A DNA stretch of 64,000 nucleotides from an uncultured Bacteroidaceae bacterium (lineage in GTDB: Bacteria > Bacteroidota > Bacteroidia > Bacteroidales > GCA-2748055): contig CAYRTD010000003.1 of the NCBI GenBank assembly GCA_964426915.1, positions 67 to 64,066 of the forward strand, in the 5' to 3' direction. Shown here piece after piece: positions 58,612 to 64,000 of this stretch; the first letter of the stretch is position 1, and each line of letters opens with the position of its first letter. Under the pieces are notes generated by a model that saw only the letters and a program-made list of their open reading frames with translations, did no database searches and had not been told where the DNA came from. Position numbers and translations under genes: made by a program.

Positions 58612-59577
58612 TTACCACATCATCCATTGAGAAATACCATGAAACCCTCTTAGGAAATCGGTTACAGGCATACGTTTTTTTCCTGCAAGCTGAAGTTCCC
58701 GAATTTCTATATAGCCATCTGCAACGGCAACTTTCATATAAGATTTTTCGTCTGAGATGATTTTTCCGGGCTCATACCCGTGATTTTCTTTTTGAAATTC
58801 TGATCCCAGTATTTTTACCTGCAACGTCGGCTCTCCTTCTTTGTTTATTGTAGAGAATGCAGCAGGATAGGGGCTTAATCCCCGTATAAGATTGTGAACT
58901 TTTTCACCCTTTTCCGCCCAGTTAATTCTGCAATCTTCCTTGAAGATTTTCGGAGCTTTTTTCAGTCCTTTATTTTCCTGAAACTCCGGCTGAGGTTGAG
59001 CTTGTACCGATTCATCCGCAATGGCCCTGACAGTTTTTAAGACCAGTTCCGAACCTTTTGCCATCATCCGATCATGCAATTCTCCGGCAGTTTCATTTTT
59101 CCCTATTTTCATTTTTTCCTGAAAAATAATCTCCCCGGTATCGATTTTTTCGTCGATAAAGAAAGTGGTGAGTCCGGTTTCTTCCTCTCCGTTTATAATT
59201 GCATGGTTAATGGGAGCTGCCCCCCTGTATTGGGGAAGTAAAGAGGCATGCAGGTTAAATGTTCCCTTTTCCGGGATCGACCATAGTTCTTCTGGCATCA
59301 TCCGGAAAGCTACTACTACCTGTATGTCGGGTTTAAACCTCATTAACTTTTGAAGAAACTCCTCATCCTTAAGTTTAATTGGTTGTAAGACCGGGATGTT
59401 GTGATCCTCTGCATATTTCTTTACAGGTGAAGGGGTTATTTTTTTTCCTCTTCCGGCAGGCTTATCCGGAGCTGTTACCACACACACTACCTGATATCCG
59501 TTTTTAACCAGGTGGTTAAGGGGAGCTACTGCGAATTCCGGGGTTCCGAGGAATATTATTCTGGGGGAGGTGGGCAT
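58612..59577 (-). CDS. fmt: Methionyl-tRNA formyltransferase
   Basis: 321 aa with motifs IIFLGTPEFAV, HASLLPQYRGAAPI and GLTTFFIDEKIDTGEII. Confidence 0.93.
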   Translation of the reverse strand: MPTSPRIIFLGTPEFAVAPLNHLVKNGYQVVCVVTAPDKPAGRGKKITPSPVKKYAEDHNIPVLQPIKLKDEEFLQKLMRFKPDIQVVVAFRMMPEELWSIPEKGTFNLHASLLPQYRGAAPINHAIINGEEETGLTTFFIDEKIDTGEIIFQEKMKIGKNETAGELHDRMMAKGSELVLKTVRAIADESVQAQPQPEFQENKGLKKAPKIFKEDCRINWAEKGEKVHNLIRGLSPYPAAFSTINKEGEPTLQVKILGSEFQKENHGYEPGKIISDEKSYMKVAVADGYIEIRELQLAGKKRMPVTDFLRGFHGISQWMMW

Positions 59578-59578
59578 G

Positions 59579-59763
59579 TTGGTTTATGGGTTTATGGGTT
59601 TATGGGTTTATGGGTTTATAGGTTTATTGGTTTATGGGTTTATAGGTTTATTGGTTTATGGGTTTATTGGTTTATGGGTTTATTGGTTTATGGGTTTATA
59701 GGTTTATAGGTTTATGGGTTTATAGGTTTATGGGTTTATTGGTTTATAAGTTTATGGGTTTAC
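59579..59763. repeat. Tandem 8-bp repeat (NGGTTTAT) of about 23 copies, starting 2 nt from the fmt start codon
   Basis: Head-to-tail GGGTTTAT/AGGTTTAT/TGGTTTAT units run from 59579 to about 59763. Variation is almost entirely in the first base. The track ORFs translating GLWVYGFM.. are artefacts of this array. Confidence 0.95.
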
Positions 59764-60039
59764 GGTTACTGAGGTTTACCGATCACCCATTCCACGGGTT
59801 ACCACCTTTAAGTGTTCGAAACCTTAAAGTTGACAATCCGGTAATGCAATTCCAAGCCCCAAGGGGCATACGCGTCAACTTAAGACCCCTTCGTCTGTTT
59901 TTTTAAAGCCTTACAATACGAGTTGGCAATGCCTCAGGAACCAGAGCCTCAGTGAGGATATAATCCAGCGCCCTATAATGGTTTTTGAATGAGGGAATTC
60001 TGAGCGTTGTGCCTCATATAAAGCTTTAGATCTGATTGA

Positions 60040-60197
60040 AAGGAGAGAGAGGTTTCTCCATCGAGTATTTTGCCAATGGCAAAACACTCTCCGTACTAAT
60101 GACAAGTTTAATTATCAGGAAGATAATTAAACTTGTCATTAGTACGGAGACGCCGGAGCGATAGCGTAGGCTTCGACGGAGAAACCTCTCTCTCCTT
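60040..60197. repeat. Nested near-perfect palindrome (25-bp outer arms, 29-bp inner arms)
   Basis: Outer arms are AAGGAGAGAGAGGTTTCTCCATCGA (60040-60064) and TCGACGGAGAAACCTCTCTCTCCTT (60173-60197), with 1 mismatch. Inner arms are TCTCCGTACTAATGACAAGTTTAATTATC (60088-60116) and its exact reverse complement (60122-60150), with a 5-nt loop. A small palindrome TTTTGCCA-A-TGGCAAAA lies at 60068-60084. Confidence 0.9.
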
Positions 60198-60272
60198 CAA
60201 ATCCGAAAATGCTCATCCGAAACATCGCATCAATAACACTCAAAAGCGCCACCCATGGCTATTCTAGTTTAA

Positions 60273-60380
60273 CCCCTGCGCCTCCGCTGAGGCCTTCGCC
60301 ATGCGCCTACGCTGTAGCTTCAGCGCAAGCGTAAGGCTTCTGCCGCCGGAGAAAGCTTCTGCGGCACGCGGTGTCGGGGT
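60273..60380 (-). repeat. GC-rich intergenic repeat element, copy C (inverted orientation, diverged)
   Basis: The reverse complement reads CCGCGTGCCGCAGAAGCTTTCTCCGG..GCGCTGAAGCTACAGCG.., alignable with CCGCGTGTCGCTGAAGCTTTCCGCGAGCGCTGAAGCTAC in copies A and B. It is strongly GC-rich relative to its surroundings. Confidence 0.6.
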
Positions 60381-60401
60381 TAGTGTTACCAACTGACGTC
60401 A

Positions 60402-60497
60402 CACCGATCACCGATCACCGGTCACCGATCACCGATCACCGATCACCGATCACCGATCACCGATCACCGATCACCGATTACCGATCACCGATCACCG
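60402..60497. repeat. Tandem 7-bp repeat (CACCGAT) of about 14 copies, ending 1-2 nt from the ribBA stop codon
   Basis: Head-to-tail CACCGAT units with variants CACCGGT and TACCGAT. The array abuts the TAA (60499-60501 on the + strand) of ribBA. Confidence 0.95.
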
Positions 60498-60498
60498 T

Positions 60499-61743
60499 TT
60501 ATCCTTCCTTCTCCTCCTTCCCCTTATAGCTCACTATATTCAAAAAATGCCCCATCTTGTCCCTTTTGGTTTCCATATAGAACTTGTTGTATTTATTTGC
60601 GGGTATTTCAAGAGGAACATTTTTCGTTACTTTTATTCCATAGCCCTCCAGTCCTTTTCTCTTTATGGGATTATTCGTTATGAGCCTGATCTTTCCAAGT
60701 CCGAGTGCATGCATCATACTGGCACCAATTCCGTAATCACGTTCATCTTCATTGAACCCAAGTTCAATATTAGCCTGAACCGTATCCAATCCTTTCTCCT
60801 GTAATTTATATGCCCTTATTTTATTATAGAGTCCGATTCCCCGCCCCTCCTGGTTGAGGTAAATTATTACTCCTTTCCCTTCTTCATTTATCATCCGCAT
60901 GGCTTCATGGAGCTGCTCACCACAATCACAACGATGTGAGCCGAAAATATCACCGGTCACACAGCTTGAATGAACCCTGACAAGCACCGGTTCATCTTTT
61001 TCCCACTCTCCTTTGATAAGAGCTACATGTTCAAGCCCGTTGGATTTTTGAATAAATGGAATAAGATGAAAGTGACCGTATTCAGTAGGAAGGTCAACTT
61101 CTTCACCCTTTATAATTATACTTTCCGAACTAAGCCTGTGTGCAATAAGATCCTGTATGCTAATGATTTTCAGATCAAATTTCTCTGCAATTTTTACCAG
61201 TTCGGGAAGACGTGCCATTGAACCGTCTTCATTCATGACCTCGACAAGGGTGCCCGAGGGTTTAAAACCCGCAAGACGGGCCAGATCAACCGCTGCTTCC
61301 GTATGACCTGCCCTGCGAAGAACACCATTTCTTTTTGCCCTTAAGGGAAAAATATGTCCGGGTCTTCCCAGATCTTCAGGATTCGTATTGTTATCGATAA
61401 GTGCCTTAATGGTTTTTGCCCTGTCGGAAGCAGAAATGCCTGTTGTGCATCCATGACCCAACAGGTCTACCGATACGGTAAAAGCTGTGGTATTTGAGCT
61501 GGTGTTCTCGCGAACCATCATTTCCAGCTCAAGCTCACGGCACCTTTCTTCAGTAAGAGAAACACATATTAGTCCACGGCCATGTGTGGCCATGAAATTA
61601 ACCATTTTAGTGGTAATGGCTTCCGAGGCACAGATAAAGTCTCCTTCATTTTCCCTATCTTCGTCGTCGACAACGACAACTGCTTTACCTTTTTTAATAT
61701 CTTCTATTGCTTCTTTTATGTTATTCAATTTGAATTTCTCCAC
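60499..61743 (-). CDS. ribBA: Bifunctional 3,4-dihydroxy-2-butanone-4-phosphate synthase / GTP cyclohydrolase II
   Basis: 414 aa. RibB part: [14 protein letters not shown] and [14 protein letters not shown]. RibA part: [21 protein letters not shown] and EGRGIGL. Confidence 0.95.
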   Translation of the reverse strand: MEKFKLNNIKEAIEDIKKGKAVVVVDDEDRENEGDFICASEAITTKMVNFMATHGRGLICVSLTEERCRELELEMMVRENTSSNTTAFTVSVDLLGHGCTTGISASDRAKTIKALIDNNTNPEDLGRPGHIFPLRAKRNGVLRRAGHTEAAVDLARLAGFKPSGTLVEVMNEDGSMARLPELVKIAEKFDLKIISIQDLIAHRLSSESIIIKGEEVDLPTEYGHFHLIPFIQKSNGLEHVALIKGEWEKDEPVLVRVHSSCVTGDIFGSHRCDCGEQLHEAMRMINEEGKGVIIYLNQEGRGIGLYNKIRAYKLQEKGLDTVQANIELGFNEDERDYGIGASMMHALGLGKIRLITNNPIKRKGLEGYGIKVTKNVPLEIPANKYNKFYMETKRDKMGHFLNIVSYKGKEEKEG

Positions 61744-61747
61744 AGTC

Positions 61748-62911
61748 TTATCTCCTTGTTGGTTGCCAGATATTTGTTTTAAACCCCAGCATGTGTTTAA
61801 AAAGCCCTGCCAAAAGGGCTAAGTTCATTGATAGAAAATGCGTTACGAAACGCAAAAATACAACATGAATATTGAATTTCCTTAAAAAAAAGTCAATAAG
61901 CGGGATTATAAATAAAATTAAAAGTGCAAAGAAGGTAATATTATATATTAATTCTTCACCAAGTAGAAACAGATTTGACACTAGAATAAGCATAATAAGT
62001 ACTGGTCCAAACCACCGGATAACCTTGTGTGAGAAAAATGCAAAAGATAGAGAAGTCCAGGGTGGAAAAAGACAGGAAGAAAAATCAGACAGATTTTGAA
62101 AGTTGCCAACTGAAATTCGAACCTTCCTTTTGAATTCTACTGAAAGTAAGTTTGGTACATCTTCAAGAGTTATTGCCAGGGGTTCCATGATCACGGTACC
62201 CTTCTTCTTCAAAACCTTCATTGTTATATAAAAATCGTCCACCGAATAGCCCTTAGGGACAGGTGTGTACGATATTTTTCTTATGGAGTAAACGGCCCCA
62301 TAAATACCTATTGTCTGCCCCCAGAGCAACCCTTCATTTTTCTTAATTTCAATTTCCCTGCTCATAAAAGCTTTTTCCTGCCTTGAAATTCCATCTTTTC
62401 GGACTTTCTTATTGAGAATATTACCTCCAACGATGTCAATTCTGTCATTTTTGAAATGCTTAACCAATTCAAAAATTGTATCAGGGGTAAAGTATACTTT
62501 GGCATCTGTAAGAATAATTATTTCCGCCCGGGCATTTTTTTCAAGCTGATTTATTACTGAAGGTTTCCCCTGTCTCTTAAGGAAAGGGAAAAAATGGAAT
62601 CCGGAGTATTTTTCTTCAAACGATCTGCAAATCTCATCTGTTTTATCGGTTGACATATCAGATCCGACAAGGACTTCTATTTTTTCCGGCGGATATGAGG
62701 AATTGTATATACTTTCTATCTTTTCTGCAATTACTTGTTCTTCATTATGAAGCGACATGAGGATAGAGACATACGGCAGCTCATCATTTCTGGAGAAAGT
62801 GATTTTATTTCCCGCTTTGTTTTTGGCAAGAATACTGATTATGACGGGGTATAGCAAATAAGAATGTGCCAGCAATATTATTGAAGACCAAAAAATTATG
62901 CTGAAAATCAT
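61748..62911 (-). CDS. Family 2 glycosyltransferase with C-terminal transmembrane helices
   Basis: 387 aa. N-terminal TM helix, then the GT2 core ([28 protein letters not shown]) and three or four C-terminal TM helices, as in processive GT2 synthases. Confidence 0.8.
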   Translation of the reverse strand: MIFSIIFWSSIILLAHSYLLYPVIISILAKNKAGNKITFSRNDELPYVSILMSLHNEEQVIAEKIESIYNSSYPPEKIEVLVGSDMSTDKTDEICRSFEEKYSGFHFFPFLKRQGKPSVINQLEKNARAEIIILTDAKVYFTPDTIFELVKHFKNDRIDIVGGNILNKKVRKDGISRQEKAFMSREIEIKKNEGLLWGQTIGIYGAVYSIRKISYTPVPKGYSVDDFYITMKVLKKKGTVIMEPLAITLEDVPNLLSVEFKRKVRISVGNFQNLSDFSSCLFPPWTSLSFAFFSHKVIRWFGPVLIMLILVSNLFLLGEELIYNITFFALLILFIIPLIDFFLRKFNIHVVFLRFVTHFLSMNLALLAGLFKHMLGFKTNIWQPTRR

Positions 62912-64000
62912 GTCAGGTTCGATCGGTAAAATTCACTTAATCTCTTTGAGATTGCTAAGTTATTAAAATTTTCCATAACGAAGGTTCGTGAATGTTTGGC
63001 AATGCTATCGTATTTTTCTTTATTACCGGTAAGTTCAGTTATTTTTTCCAACATTTCATCCGGACTGTCTGCGATAATAATATTTTTCCTGTCCGACACA
63101 GGGATTCCTTCAGCGGCTATCGAAGTTGCAATTATTACTCTTTGCATCATCATTCCTTCCAGAATTTTAATACGGATTCCACTTCCGGTGAAGAGGGGAC
63201 TCACAAAAATAGCATAGCGGTTCATGAACTCATATGCATTTTCTACTTCGCCATGATAGATCACCCCGGATTTTTTGTGCACGAGTAATTTATGCTTCAT
63301 CCAGTCGGGGGCATTTCTTCCTGCAATATGTAATTTAATTTCGGGTTGTTTCTCATGAAGACGGAGGAAAACACTTTCAATGAACCAGGTTATTCCTTCC
63401 TGATTGGGCATCCAGTCTAATGCCCCAATATAGAATAAGGTGGGAAATTCCGGTTTTGTTGGGGTAGGGTAACGATAGGAGTTAAGGCCAGTGGGTATTG
63501 TAATGCTGGAGATCTCCTTTAACTGTCTTAGCTGATTTCTGTCGCGTTCCGAAATAGCCACCATAAGATCGGCCTCCGTGAGAATTTTTTTTTCCAGCAT
63601 TTTAATTCTCGATGATAATAAGCCAAAGTAAAATCTCTGAAAAGGATTTGAACTGTTAATGGCCTTACGCAGCCATATTTCATTTTCAACATTATGAGCC
63701 CGTAGAGAAATTTTTCCTGAAGAATATTTTTTAATAATTGGAATGTAGTAACCCATGTAAGGACCTTCAAGTTGAATTACATGCGGTTTTAACAAAGCCA
63801 GTACTTCAACGAGTTTTTTTCTGTACCTGACTGTATAAAAGCGGGTGGCATTATAAGGTTCACGTGAGAATAATAAATTAAAAAATGCTCTGAGGGGTCG
63901 GATGCTGGTATCAAGATCTACGGAATAAAAATGTATCTTTTTTCGCAGTGAACCATTGATCATTTTTACATCGAATGGATGCTTATTTGTATTAAGGCAG
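62908..64000 (-). CDS. GT4/GT1-type glycosyltransferase (possibly 5'-truncated by the window end)
   Basis: C-terminal GT-B block FVSPLFTGSGIRIKILEGMMMQRVIIATSIAAEGI. The track ORF starts at the ATG at 63963, but the frame stays open to position 64000, so the true start may lie outside the window. Overlaps the downstream GT2 gene by 4 nt. Confidence 0.75.
   Translation of the reverse strand, partial: CLNTNKHPFDVKMINGSLRKKIHFYSVDLDTSIRPLRAFFNLLFSREPYNATRFYTVRYRKKLVEVLALLKPHVIQLEGPYMGYYIPIIKKYSSGKISLRAHNVENEIWLRKAINSSNPFQRFYFGLLSSRIKMLEKKILTEADLMVAISERDRNQLRQLKEISSITIPTGLNSYRYPTPTKPEFPTLFYIGALDWMPNQEGITWFIESVFLRLHEKQPEIKLHIAGRNAPDWMKHKLLVHKKSGVIYHGEVENAYEFMNRYAIFVSPLFTGSGIRIKILEGMMMQRVIIATSIAAEGIPVSDRKNIIIADSPDEMLEKITELTGNKEKYDSIAKHSRTFVMENFNNLAISKRLSEFYRSNLT

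Noticed and set aside
59512-59906. ORFs 59512..59709 and 59658..59906 (+), encoding GLWVYGFMGLWVYRFIGLWVY.. repeats.
   Set aside because: These are translations of the 8-bp tandem array, which gives a periodic peptide every 24 bp. There is no start context, they overlap the fmt 5' end, and the composition is implausible for a protein.
59579-60497. Possible CRISPR array, because regularly repeated short units occur near each other.
   Set aside because: The units are 7-8 bp and strictly head-to-tail with no spacers. CRISPR repeats are roughly 24-48 bp and separated by unique spacers, and no cas genes are present.
61744-61747. An FMN riboswitch expected upstream of ribBA.
   Set aside because: Only 4 nt separate the ribBA start from the upstream glycosyltransferase stop, so there is no room for an RFN element. 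ribBA here appears to be co-transcribed or otherwise regulated.

Overview
This is an AT-rich chromosomal segment that looks like Bacteroidota. The evidence is the type IX secretion (T9SS) genes porP/sprF-like, porU and porV, cargo proteins with T9SS C-terminal sorting domains, TAnnTTTG-like promoter boxes, and a TonB receptor with a CarboxypepD_reg-type N-terminus. I call about 45 protein genes, mostly housekeeping or envelope functions: ispF, fucI plus a regulator, a sigma-54 two-component pair beside a HlyD/ABC/TolC exporter, a CCA-adding enzyme, thioredoxin, a TPP-riboswitch-controlled TonB receptor, a 1200-aa hybrid kinase, xseAB, an S8 protease, dnaK, panB, an RluA-type synthase, cdd, fmt, ribBA and glycosyltransferases. 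I recognised no rRNA, tRNA, CRISPR array, transposase or integrase. The best candidate for a new system is a minus-strand four-gene operon (13207->10432). It encodes a Sec-signal, Cys-repeat precursor with three KCGEGKCG doublets separated by Lys/Glu-rich spacers, a DUF692/MbnB-type multinuclear non-heme iron oxidase (MNIO), a DUF2063 partner and a DoxX membrane protein. That is a bufferin/oxazolin-like RiPP metallophore cluster in a Bacteroidota context, and it is flanked by thioredoxin-fold genes. The second theme is dense non-coding repeat architecture. There are three 7-8 bp tandem arrays, one abutting the fmt start codon and one abutting the ribBA stop codon. There is a three-copy GC-rich element family, a conserved GTCTGTCCATAATGTC motif that sits right after stop codons, and a 920-bp gene-free region with a nested near-perfect palindrome. 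All functional calls come from motif recognition by eye; no searches were run.
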